Positions 25,910 to 37,565 of a stretch of DNA of 64,000 nt are shown in pieces. The stretch covers positions 25,730,001-25,794,000 of the forward strand of contig CM060731.1 of NCBI GenBank assembly GCA_030704615.1, in the 5' to 3' direction. Position numbers and translations under genes: made by a program. Every line of letters begins with the position of its first letter. Position 1 is the stretch's first letter. The notes under the pieces are model-generated. The model had not been told where the DNA came from and did not search any database. It was given only the letters and a program-made list of their open reading frames with translations. The stretch is from Takakia lepidozioides (taxonomy: Eukaryota > Plantae > Bryophyta).

Positions 25910-26870
25910 TCTCTCTCTCTCCCTGGCTGTTTGCATGCAGCCTACAATGCAATACGCGACACTACAGTACGCAGCCCTCTCTTGCTTTCCTGCTCCAGGG
26001 TTGTGTGCTTCAGTTCCCCGGTCTAAACAATTAGTTCGGGCTTTCCAGAGGATATCTGGAAAGCCCTCCACACAAGCATCAATCTGTCGCGTGTGAGCAG
26101 CCGAAAAGTTAGACCCCAACAGGGCCAGGGCTTAGGCTCAGCTTCGAGATTTTGAAAGTTGGTGGACAAAGGTGCAGGGACCGTGGGGCTTGATGTTCCT
26201 GATGCATCAATTTGCTGTGTGTGAGCAGCCCAAAAGTTCACCCCAACAGGACCAGAGCTTAGGCTCAGCCTCGAGATTCGGAAAGTTAGGGAACAAAGGT
26301 GCAGGAACCGTGTTCTCGATGTTCCTGAAGTGGGTCACTCACTGGACAATGTATCGGAAAATGGATATTGTCTCGAGGTCCGCACATCAGGCAATTACGA
26401 TCTCCTAATCATCTCTGCATCTGTTCATTGTTCAAAGGTGGGCTCCCGCTCTGAGTTTAAATTTCAGTCCATTGTCGAGTGTAGGTAGGCCCTTCAGATC
26501 ATCCTTGCCCATGTCACAGACTGGAAACAAGTTTAGGGGAGTTTATGCCTAACTTCGGTTAGTCTTTGGGCATCAGACATGGTTTTGGACACAACCCTCA
26601 AGGTCAGCTTCATCCAGTAGGGTCAATTCTTCTAGACTAATATTCAGATACTTGCAAATACCTATCCTGTTTGACAGGAACGGCGTCGATTATCTTAGGA
26701 TATCTGGTATTATGCATGCGATTCAACTGACCCCACCACCTGACCTCGAATTCATCACGTCAGAGAGTTTAAAGGAGGTATGCCAACTTGACACGAACGA
26801 CCACATTAGCTGTTCTAGAACAGGCTGACATACTTTCTTTGAGCACCGCAACCTGCATGGATTCTAGAAA
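25910..26870 (-). mobile_element. Degenerate LINE 3' fragment, diverged relative of the 31-35 kb family
   Basis: Encodes NFWAAHTRQIDACVEGF.DI.WK, GLPTL and LKFKLRAG. Internal duplication at ~26070-26320. Confidence 0.8.
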
Positions 26871-27390
26871 TATGCCAAGTAGAGGTCAATGGAATCCTCC
26901 TTGGTTGTGGAAATTGAGCCTGTGAATCTTACCCCTTTCTTCCCATTCACAGAATAGCAAAAATGTATTCCTTGCCACGGACACAGTGCACCAGCATGAC
27001 TGTAACTGTGAAGTTAGCCATGAAAGTGGAGCGGGGATTGCTGAAGTAGTGGTACATGGAAAGATAGCTTAGAGGTTTGATCACTAGATTAAACAGGTCC
27101 ACTGTCTTTAGCAAGGAAAATTGAAATGCCGCTGTTTCCTAATGCACTCTCCCGCCAGAACTAGAGCTTGTCTGCTGTGAAGGTCCTCAAAGAAGCTATC
27201 ATGGCTAGCAGAGCAGTAGAGAGAACAACACGCACGTCAAACGTGATTAGGAAGAAGGTGTAAATTGTGCGATGGTTACCAAGCACTTGCTTACTGTCCT
27301 CCCTAGGTATAAAAACTTCCAACCAATTCATTACCGGTTCCCTAAAATTGCCAAGCTGGACACATTTTCTCTTCATCTACATTGCTTGTT

Positions 27391-29859
27391 TCACCAGTAA
27401 TCCCCACAAGAACAAAACCCATCTTCAAAGTGGTGAAAGCGGTTGGAATCCCGTACAACAACTATTCGCCCAGCTATCTTTGAGATGAATTTGGTGGCAG
27501 TGTGGCAATCACCACACACTCGAAGGTTCTTGATGACGTGGATAGGCATATCAGCAGGTGTGCTGATCAGCCCAAAGGCAATTGCAAGCCTCTCACTGTG
27601 GTAACAAAGAGAAGATTCCTTTTGCTCCTTCTCCACATCATGCAATACAAACCGTGTGTCAGGCATGTAACCAGCCCGCTTCATCTGCCAGGACAATCTC
27701 CTCAGCTCGGCATGGATCTCCTCAATTTTAGGATGCACTTTGTCCTCAGCAACAAAGGTATGAACCTGGTTGTCCACCTCAATGGAGCTGTTCCCTGGTT
27801 GCTTTCTGACACCCCTGTCCTGCATCATTCTTCTCACTTTCGCTGTATCATCCCACCTGCCAGCAGCAGCATAGATGTTGGATAGCAGCACATAAGTTGG
27901 AGCATCTTGTGGGTTCCACTTGAGAAGGTGTTTTGCTGCACATTCTGCTACCTCTACATTTCCATGAATTCTACATGCACCAAGCAATGCTCCCCACACC
28001 GCAGCACCTGGTTCAATTGACATTTTATTGACAAAGTCCTTTGCCTCATCCAATCGCCCTGCACGGCCCAGAAGGTCCACCATACAACCAAAATGCTCCA
28101 CTGTAGGAGTAATGCCATGATCTTGACTCATGGAACAGAAGAAGTGATTGCCTTCATCCACTAGGCCCACATGGCTACATGCTGAAAGCACACATATAAA
28201 GGTGATAGCGTCTGGCCTCAAGCCTTCTTGTTGCATTTGTTCAAATAGTTGCAGCACCTCCCTACCATGCCCATGCTGAGCATATCCTGCAATCATGGCG
28301 TTCCATGAGACAACATCTTGTTCAGCCATATTGTCAAACACTTGACGTGCATCATTTAAGCTTCCGCATTTGGCATACATGTTAACAAGGGTGTTCTCCA
28401 AATTAAGGTCTGAAGGGGTTCCAGCTTCAATAATGTGAGTATGGACCTCTTTGCCCTTTGCAAGGGCCGACAGGCTGGCACATCCATTGAGAGTGCAAAT
28501 GAATGTGACCTTGTTGGGTGTCACACCCTCCTGCATCATTTGCTTGTACATCTCAAAAGCCTCCCTACCACCAGCATATCCTGCAATCATCACGTTCCAT
28601 GAGACCACATTTCGTTCAGCCATATTATCAAACACTTGGTGTGCATCCATCATTCTACCACATTTGGCATACATGTCAGCGAGAGCAGTCTCCAATATAA
28701 TATCCGGCCCAATTCCAGCTTTGATGATATCAGCATGGACCTCTTTACCCGTTTGCACGGATGCCATGCTGGCACACGCATTGAGAACACAAATGAAAGT
28801 GACCTTGTCTGGTTTCACTCCTTTTAATATCATTCGGTCATAAATGTCGAAAGCCTCCCTACCACACCCATCCTGGGCATATCCGGCTATCATCGCACTC
28901 CAGGAGACCACATCTCGTTGAGACATGTTCTCGAACACTTGAAGTGCATCCGTCATACTCCCACATTTGGCATACATGTCGACAAGGGCAGTCTCCAGAA
29001 TGACATCTTGTGCAATCCCAGCTTTAATGATGTCAGCATGGACATCTTTACCCTTTTCCAGGGCTGCCAGGCTGGCACATGCATTGAGCATGCTAATGAA
29101 TGTGACTTTGTTGGGTGTCACCCCTTCCCATACCATACGTTCGTACATCTCAAAAGCCTCCCTACCACACTCATGCTCGGCATATGCTGCAATCATTGCA
29201 CTCCATGAGACCACGTCCCGTTGAGCCATATTGTCAAACACTTTTCGTGCTTCTGTTACGCACCCGCATTTCCCATACATGGCAGCAAGGGCAGTCTCCA
29301 GAATGATATCTGGGGCAATCCCTGCTTTGATGATATGAGCATGGACCTCTTTGCCCTTCTCCAGGGATCCTAGGATGGCACATGCCTTGAGAACACAAAT
29401 AAATGTCACTGTGTTGGGCTTCACTGCTCCCTGAATCATATGCTGATAGATCTCAAAAGCCTCCCTACCACGCCCATTCCTCAAATACCCCCCCATCATT
29501 ATAGTCCATGTATGCACATCTCGTTCAAGCATTTTGTCAAACACTTGACGTGCATCCTCTAAGCTCCCACAATTGGCATACATGTTGACAAGGGTGTTAA
29601 GTAGAATTTTTTTCGGCCTAAATCCACTTTGGACAATGTGGGCATGCACCAGCTTTCCCATTTCGAGGTCTTTGATTTTGATGCACTCCCGCAAGTGACG
29701 GACATAACTATTGGAACCTACCACTTGTTTGTTTAAAATCTGGAGTGCCTCCTTCAATGGTGCTGCCTTACAAAGCGTCCTCGAATCCCCGTCTCCCTCT
29801 CTTCTGCCGCTGTCAAAAGAGGACATCATGGTGAAAGTGCTTGATAAGATCTTGTGCAT
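27391..29859 (-). CDS. PLS-class PPR protein with E1/E2/DYW domain (organellar C-to-U RNA editing factor)
   Basis: Intronless 822-aa ORF with regular L-S-P triplets, P2-L2-S2, E1, E2, PG box, HSERLA, CGDC and terminal DYW. The start codon is uncertain. Confidence 0.95.
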   Translation of the reverse strand: MHKILSSTFTMMSSFDSGRREGDGDSRTLCKAAPLKEALQILNKQVVGSNSYVRHLRECIKIKDLEMGKLVHAHIVQSGFRPKKILLNTLVNMYANCGSLEDARQVFDKMLERDVHTWTIMMGGYLRNGRGREAFEIYQHMIQGAVKPNTVTFICVLKACAILGSLEKGKEVHAHIIKAGIAPDIILETALAAMYGKCGCVTEARKVFDNMAQRDVVSWSAMIAAYAEHECGREAFEMYERMVWEGVTPNKVTFISMLNACASLAALEKGKDVHADIIKAGIAQDVILETALVDMYAKCGSMTDALQVFENMSQRDVVSWSAMIAGYAQDGCGREAFDIYDRMILKGVKPDKVTFICVLNACASMASVQTGKEVHADIIKAGIGPDIILETALADMYAKCGRMMDAHQVFDNMAERNVVSWNVMIAGYAGGREAFEMYKQMMQEGVTPNKVTFICTLNGCASLSALAKGKEVHTHIIEAGTPSDLNLENTLVNMYAKCGSLNDARQVFDNMAEQDVVSWNAMIAGYAQHGHGREVLQLFEQMQQEGLRPDAITFICVLSACSHVGLVDEGNHFFCSMSQDHGITPTVEHFGCMVDLLGRAGRLDEAKDFVNKMSIEPGAAVWGALLGACRIHGNVEVAECAAKHLLKWNPQDAPTYVLLSNIYAAAGRWDDTAKVRRMMQDRGVRKQPGNSSIEVDNQVHTFVAEDKVHPKIEEIHAELRRLSWQMKRAGYMPDTRFVLHDVEKEQKESSLCYHSERLAIAFGLISTPADMPIHVIKNLRVCGDCHTATKFISKIAGRIVVVRDSNRFHHFEDGFCSCGDYW

Positions 29860-30766
29860 GATTCGACCCTGCTATCCTGCATCATAGATCCAAGCCTTTC
29901 TGGTCAAACTCAGAAAGCTTATCTAAACAGCTAAAGTGCTACATGTTAAGAGGGTTGCAAAACTACTGGAGACATCTTCATAATCAGCACTAACACAATG
30001 TTTCAGTTGGAGCCCATGGACTATCACCAAAACAATACCTGTTGTATTTTTGACCTGGCACCCCATGCTGTACATTGCCGTTAGAATGGTCACAAGATTG
30101 TGCGGGCCCTTTTATCATGGCAACTAGCTACACTGTCACCCAAGGAAGGTACCAGAAACCCTTGATCCACATCACTTCTGCACTTATATCTGAAGTCCAC
30201 AGATCTTGGACTGCTCTGTGACAAAACCAGTGGGAAGCTGAGCAGCAATAGCTTCAACTACAGCCTTGCACAGACCAGGCTGTAACCATCAGAGCTTCAA
30301 GAATTTCAAATAACCCTGAGCAACCTATTTACGAATGAATTACTAATAACAACAATGAGGAGCACTTTTGCTGCTTTTCACAACGAAGAGCAGCTATTCC
30401 ATTAATTGAAGGGATTGAGGATACTTTCCACAGACCATCAATATGTAAGCTTCTGTCGTAATCCCTCCCAAACTCATCCACATCCTCAAGGAAGATAGGC
30501 TCACCTTATGAGATCTGTTGTCCAACCACTGTGAAGGATCCCACAAGAACTCCAGCCAGAATTGTTCTTTGCTCCTTGTTTGCCCTGCACACAAGAATAC
30601 AAGGCTGTGAGAACTTTGCCTGCTCCTAGTTTCTCCGTCCCACTTGAGGGGTCAGAGTGATCACAGCATTGACCATGTGGACCTGGTATTTTATGGAGGA
30701 TTAGTGGCAGGCATATAATTGACACACCCCCCCCCTCTTTCTCTCTCTCTCTCTCTCTCTCTCAAT

Positions 30767-30936
30767 GGATATCTGGAAAACCCGGATTAATTCTTTATAT
30801 GGAGGTAAGTCTTACTACCAACGTCAGCCCCTGACAGAGGTAGGTTCTGTCCCTTTTGTTCCCGCTCAAACTGGGCGCGGGGTCGATGGCCACAAGGCTA
30901 CGGCAAACAACGTCTTATGAGTACAATCTCTCTCTC
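30767..30936 (+). mobile_element. LINE 3' tip (~170 bp)
   Basis: Near-identical to 34627-34791; follows a (CT)n tract at ~30735-30763. Confidence 0.9.
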
Positions 30937-30939
30937 AAT

Positions 30940-32846
30940 GGGTCATTGTCAATCTATACAAGAAGGGTGACAGAGAAGAACCGGGGAACTACCGTGGCAT
31001 CACGCTCCTCAATGCTGTTGGCAAGACATTCTGCAGAGTTATAAGTACTCGTCTCGAGGTTGATCTGGAGTCTAGAGGTTGTTTCCACGAAGGCCAAGCT
31101 GGCTTTCGGCGAAACAGGGGCTGTGTGGATCATATCTTCACTCTAAGCCAGATTATCCAGGGAAGGAAAAAAGAAGGGAAACCCACTTATGTCTTTTTCC
31201 TGGATGTCAAAAAGGCTTATGACACAGTGTGGAGAGATGGCCTATGGTTCCGCCTCTGGTCTTGTGGGATCAAGGGAAAGATGTGGAGAGTTGTCCACAA
31301 CTTGTATGCTCACACCAAAGGCCGTGTCACTGTTAACGGACAGAAGTCCAACTTCTTTGACATAGACCAAGGTGTAGCTCAAGGATGTACTCTCTCCCTC
31401 TGCTCTTCAATGTTTTTATCAATCAACTCCTCGAGGATGTGGAAAGTGAGGGATTTGGGTTAAGGGTGGGTGATACCACCATACCAGCCCTTATGTTTGC
31501 GGATGACTTCGCAGGCATAGGGGAGACTCCAACCAATCTCCAGGAGTTGATTGATTGCGTGAAGAGATACTTTGATCTTTGGGGGCTAGAGGCTAATGTC
31601 AGCAAATGTGCAGTGGTAGCATTCAACGACAGAGGAGAGGGAGGAAGTGATCTTAAGTGGCAGTGGGGTAGTCAAGAGATCCCGGTCCTCCCTTCCTACA
31701 CTTACCTGGGCGTTGAATTTTCCACCAATTGTAATTGGGATGCACATATCCGGAAAGTTGTTCAAACTGGCAAGGGCAAAGCTCTGGGGCTCACTAAATT
31801 TTTCCACTGCAGAGGGGTCAACTCTGAGGTTAAGAAAACCATGCTTTGCCGCGTTATTAGACCTGCCTTGGAGTACGGATCTGCTATATGGGTTGATAAC
31901 TCCAACCAGGCTAAGTCTCTAGAATCCATTCAAGTGGGGGTGCTTAAGGAGTGTATGTCAGCATGCTCCAAAACAGCCAATGTGGCTGTTCAGGGTGAGT
32001 TTGGCATTCTGTCCTTAAGCTCCCGACAAGATGAATTCAAGGTCAGATGGTGGGGTCAGCTGCAACATATGCCCAACACCAGATATCCTACGACTCTATA
32101 TCTTGGAAACAGGACCGCCCTGTCAAACAGGCTAAGTCCTGGCAGAAGAGAGTAGAAGAGATTCTCAAGGTCCTGGACCTGGATCCGCAAGTCTTGACCC
32201 TGCTGGATAAATCTGATTTAGAGGCTGTAGTGTCCGATGCCATGTCTGTTGCCATGAGATTGTCTGATGAAAATGAAGTTAGGCAGAAAACCTCCCTGAA
32301 CTTGTTTCCAGTCAGTGACATGGGGGAGGACATCTTGGATGACCTCAAGGGTCTACCCACTCTCGGCACTAGACTGAAATTTAAACTCAGGGCAGGAAGC
32401 CTACCTTTGAACAGCAAACAGAAGCAGAGAGGAAAGGGAGAGTGCAATTGCCCATTGTGTGGGCAATCTGAAGACAGTATTCATTTTCTGATACACTGTC
32501 CGGGGTTCTCTCACCAAAGAGACGCTCTCTTCAACTCTATCAAGGGAATTGTGCCTGTACCCCTGTTTACCAACTTTGAAAGTCTCGAGGCTGAGCCAAA
32601 AGCCCAGGCCCTCCTGAGGCCTAGTTTTTGGGCAAATCACACACAGCAGATTGATGCTTGTGTGAAGGGATTTCTAGAGGATATCTGGAAAACCCGGATT
32701 AATTCTTTATATGAAGGTAAGTCTTACTACCAACGTCAGCCCCTGACAGAGGTAGGTTCTGTCCCTTTTGTTCCCGCTCAAACTGGGCGCGGGGTCAATG
32801 GCCATAAGGCTACGGCAAACAACGTCTTATGAGTACAATCTCTCTC
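30940..32846 (+). mobile_element. 5'-truncated LINE copy A (RT plus C-terminal zinc finger)
   Basis: FLDVKKAYDTV, GVAQGCTLS, LMFADD, YTYLGV and CPLC..EDSIHFLIHCP. Frameshifts at ~31397 and ~32090. Ends TGAGTACAA(TC)n. Confidence 0.95.
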
Positions 32847-32978
32847 AATGGCCACAAAGCTACGGCAAACAACGTCTTATGTTCTCTCTCTCTCTCTCAG
32901 ACTGAGTGCGGGGTCAATGGCCACAAGCCTACCGCAAACAACGTCTTATGAGTTCTCTCTCTCTCTCTCTCTCTCTTC
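32845..32978 (+). mobile_element. Two very short LINE 3' tips, each with a (CT)n tail
   Basis: CAATGGCCACAA.GCTAC.GCAAACAACGTCTTATG followed by CT repeats, twice. Confidence 0.85.
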
Positions 32979-32979
32979 A

Positions 32980-34792
32980 GGGTCACAAGAAGGGTGACAG
33001 AGAAGAACCGGGGAACTACCATGGCATCATGCTCCTCAATGCTGTTGGCAAGACATTCTGCAGAGTTATAAGTACTCGTCTCGAGGTTGATCTGGAGTCT
33101 AGAGGTTGTTTCCACGAAGGCCAAGCTGGCTTTCGGCGAAACAGGGGCTGTGTGGATCATATCTTCACTCTAAGCCAGATTATCCAGGGAAGGAAAAAAG
33201 AAGGGAAACCCACTTACGTCTTTTTCCTGGATGTCAAAAAGGCTTATAACACAGTGTGGAGAGATGGCCTATGGTTCCGCCTCTGGTCTTGTGGGATCAA
33301 GGGAAAGATGTGGAGAGTTGTCCACAACTTGTATGCTCACGCTGCTCTTCAATGTTTTCATCAATCAACTCCTCGAGGATGTGGAAAGTGAGGGATTTGG
33401 GTTAAGGGTGGGTGATACCACCATACCAGCCCTTATGTTTGCGGATGACTTCGCAGGCATAGGGGAGACTCCAACCAATCTCCAGGAGTTGATTGATTGC
33501 GCGAAGAGATACTTTGATCTTTGGGGGCTAGAGGCTAATGTCAGTAAATGTGCAGTGGTAGCATTCAACGAGAGGAGAGGGAGGAAGTGATCTTAAGTGG
33601 CAGTGGGGTAGTCAAGAGATCCTGGTCCTCCCTTCCTACACTTACCTGGGCGTTGAGTTCTCCTCCAATTGTAATTGGGATGCACATATCCGGAAAGTTG
33701 TTCAAACTGGCAAGGGCAAAGCTCTGGGGCTCACTAAATTTTTCCACTGCAGAGGGGTCAACTCTGAGGTTAAGAAAACCATGCTTTGCCGCGTTATTAG
33801 ACCTGCCTTGGAGTACGGATCTGCTATATGGGTTGATAACTCCAACCAGGCTAAGTCTCTAGAATCCATTCAAGTGGGGGTGCTTAAGGAGTGTATGTCA
33901 GCATGCTCCAAAACAGCCAATGTGGCTGTTCGGGGTGAGTTTGGCATTCCGTCCTTAAGCTCCCGACGAGATGAATTCAAGGTCAGATGGTGGGGTCAGC
34001 TGCAACATATGCCCAACACCAGATATCCTAAGTTAATCGACTCTATATCTTGGAAACAGGACCGCCCTGTCAAACAGGCTAAGTCCTGGCAGAAGAGAGT
34101 AGAAGAGATCCTCAAGGACCTGGACCTGGATCCGCAAGTCTTGACCCTGCTGGATAAATCTGATTTAGAGGCTGTAGTGTCCGATGCCATGTCTGTTGCC
34201 ATGAGATTGTCTGATGAAAATGAAGTTAGGCAGAAAACCTCCCTGAACTTGTTTCCAGTCAGTGACATGGGGGAGGACATCTTGGATGACCTCAAGGGTC
34301 TACCCACTCTCGGCACTAGACTGAAATTTAAACTCAGGGCAGGAAGCCTACCTTTGAACAGCAAACAGAAGCAGAGAGGAAAGGGAGAGTGCAATTGCCC
34401 GTTGTGTGGGCAATCTGAAGACAGTATTCATTTTCTGATACACTGTCCGGGGTTCTCTCACCAAAGAGACGCTCTCTTCAAATCTATTAAGGGTATTGTG
34501 CCTATACCCCTGTTTACCAACTTTGAAAGTCTCGAGGCTGAGCCAAAAGCCCAGGCCCTCCTGAGGCCTAGTTTTTGGGCAAATCACACACAGCAGATTG
34601 ATGCTTGTGTGAAGGGATTTCTAGAGGATATCTGGAAAACCCGGATTAATTCTATATATGGAGGTAAGTCTTACTACCAACGTCAGCCCCTGACAGAGGT
34701 AGGTTCTGTCCCTTTTGTTCCCGCTCAAACTGGGCGCGGGGTCAATGGCCACAAGGCTACGGCAAACAACGTCTTATGAGTACAATCTCTCT
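32980..34792 (+). mobile_element. 5'-truncated LINE copy B
   Basis: Near-identical to copy A. A ~85-nt deletion removes the QG motif; the C-terminal ORF 33781-34779 is intact. A diverged extra tip follows at ~34794-34840. Confidence 0.95.
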
Positions 34793-35612
34793 TCGGGGTC
34801 AATGGGCTTACGGCTATGGCGATTGCGAAGAAACCTTATGTTGCAAAGGTTTCCTGTACCATCTACGTGGCAAAACTTGGGAATACAAGGCAGTTCAATC
34901 TCCAAACCTTTTAAGAGCATAGGCAGGAAACAACTAACTAAGCAACGTCCTAGCATCCTTGAAGTTGGGATGATGTTTAGCATGAAAGGGAATCAGTACA
35001 AGGTTAAGCTATCAAGTCACCAACCGTTTTGTCTTATGTGTTTTTCTAAATAACCAATGACAAATAATTGACTGACAGGTGGGGTCTCCGTGTTCCTCTG
35101 CCTGTTTCTCTGGAAAACAGAACAAGAAGCTTCAAGAAGCTCACAGTTTAACAGTATGATTGACCAAATTGCCACATGCTCAAAGAACTGTATAGTTTGT
35201 TCATGAGGAAATTTGCAGAGGAAGGAATGGATTCAAATCATAGCTCATTGGGTATTCTGAGGAATTCTTCACTATTGATTCAGATGTAGGCTCCTGTTGT
35301 GAGCTTCCAAGTTATGTTGCATCCAGAAGGAGAAATTAGACTTCCCCAATCCAGCATCGAACAATGCTACAACAAAATGGAGGAAATACTTGTGGATTAG
35401 CTTCAGTATTATACCAGGCTCAGTTCACCCACATCCTGATGAAGGCCTCTCCAAATGCCCTGCTGCAACCAAGTTCCGGAATCCAGCCCCCAGATTTTGC
35501 TCCCGTTTCTTCTCGCAAGCGCTGCGCCTTTTCATCTTCAGGTCCACCATTGCACGATGTAGGTACTTAAGGCACAGGTTGTCCTGCAGGCCTAGGTTGA
35601 ACTCGCCGAAGC

Positions 35613-36988
35613 TTACTGGACACCCCCAACCTGTGCATTATGTGCCACAGACCATCAGTTCAGTGCCTTACCCACTAATGTGATATGCAAGTTCTATAGA
35701 AAGAACCACAGCTCTGTGTATGTATTCCAGCCACAGTGTGTGAGACAGGGAGAATTACATGTATCTCTCTTGACGAACAATCTAAGTAAAATAATACCAA
35801 CATTCTATTCGATGCTTGATTAAAAACCGCGTTGAATTCCTTTTCCTTGCCTAGCTTTGATTGTGAGCAGCAAAAATCAGATGAGGGGATGGGGAGGGAG
35901 GGGAGAGAATGGGGAGGGGATGGGGAGAGAAAGAGACGTACACAAACAGCCTCCATCTCTTTGGGAGAGACTTTCCATCCAGGAGGCTTACTGGTGGTGG
36001 TGCTCTCAGATGCTACTGCTGGGACCCCTCCTGCCACTCCACCTGAAGGTGTTGGAGGTGCACATGAGAAGTTAGCCCCTGCTGAAAGTGCTTGCTCTCT
36101 CTTTCTCTCTGTTGCTGTAATAAAGTTCCTCCATTCCTTTTATCTTCAAGGTATGTGTGTGCATTCTGTTATGATTCCAATTCTGTTTATCATTGGTTCC
36201 CCCCCCCTTATGATATAAGCTGCCGAATTCTAGATCAACACAGATAAAATAGTGCTTCATTGGAGAAGAATGTAGCATAAGAAGGTGAATATTGAATCCA
36301 TTTGGAAGAATGGATTGCAACTGTGATCTGAGTACAATCTTCTTTTGAGGACACTTCAATACAGGGCGAGATGACATCTCAAATTTCTGTCTAAAATTGA
36401 TTCGCTTGTGATGCTTGCCAGCACTGACTTGTTATTAGAAAGGGCTTCTCCTGCCAGTCTTTTCCTCATTGAGAAGGCACACCGTCTCCTACAATGGAGC
36501 GAGTGACAGAAGCATCCGGCTGGCTCACTTTCAGGACGAAATCATCTCGGCTACCAGCAGTGTTCCAAGAGTGGCCGGCAATCACCACAGCATACACAAA
36601 GTCATGGTCGATATAGACAACGGACGCACCTTAGAATGAACACAGAGATGGAGGAAGACAGTGTACTAATGGAGCCTGCTTACTTTAGCAGTGTGACTAG
36701 ACTTAAAACAATAGATGTATTTGTCTAGAGTTACCCATAAACCTTAGCGTAGATATATCCGTGAGAGAAAAATCTTGGCTGTCGGGGATGTTCACAGTGT
36801 TGTAGCACTGTGAAGTGAGCAGACAGCGATCGAGTGAAAAAGAAGGTGTTACATCGGAAGCAAGATTTGAAAGCGTTAAGAAGGGGAGGTGATAAGGGTA
36901 GACTACCAGAGGAGGCAGGGCCGCGGCGACAGGGGAACTTGATGAGGGGAATGCGCTTGGAAATCTTCAGAGCATCCGCCATTGCCAT
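35613..36988 (-). CDS. Small KGD4/MRPS36-like mitochondrial protein, 79 aa, 3 exons (36988-36907, 36081-35942, 35630-35613)
   Basis: N-terminal KRIPLIKFP and C-terminal VSPKEMEAVCVGG match the two conserved ends of this family. The GT-AG introns are phase-compatible (82+140+18 nt). Confidence 0.75.
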
Positions 36989-37374
36989 TGCTGCCCCTCT
37001 ATCCTCCTCCTCTAGATTCAACTTCACCTTCTCAACACCTCGCTATACTCTTGATTGTGGCGTGGATTGCCGTGATGACAGAGGTAGCCAGATTGGATAT
37101 GGCGGGCGGGGTGTATGCGCTTTATGCCGTCATGCGCAGCAATTGAATTGGGTCTTCTCGAATTCCAGTCCGGACCACGCAACTTTCAACCTCGGGCTGT
37201 CCACAAGTGTTAGGCAGAAACAGACGTCCATACAATCCCATCCCTCTAGTATGCAATCCCGAGTCTTTGCCACCCACGAGGTGTGAAGGGGAGGATCCAT
37301 TTGATCACAATCTTCAAAATAACAGCGCTCATTTCAATTGATCACAATCGTGTAGGAGTGATCGGAAACATTGT

Positions 37375-37565
37375 CGATGCACGCCAAGTTTAGGGTTTGA
37401 TTACAAGAATATTACGATGGAGGATTTAACAAGCATTAGTGTATATGGTAAGAACTTGTCTGGAACACATACGAGCAAATGACATGGGAAGGTTTGAAGT
37501 CCGACCATAACACGTTCTTTTGTGTTTGCAATGTATGTGCAAGCTTGGCAGCCCTGGAAAAAATG
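37375..37565 (+). pseudogene. PLS-PPR gene fragment
   Basis: YEQMTWEGLKSDHNTFFCVCNVCASLAALEK resembles the P-L motifs of the intact PPR gene. Confidence 0.6.

Noticed and set aside
36440-36630. Alternative coding exon inside the KGD4-like intron
   Set aside because: It hits an in-frame stop and has no phase-compatible donor.
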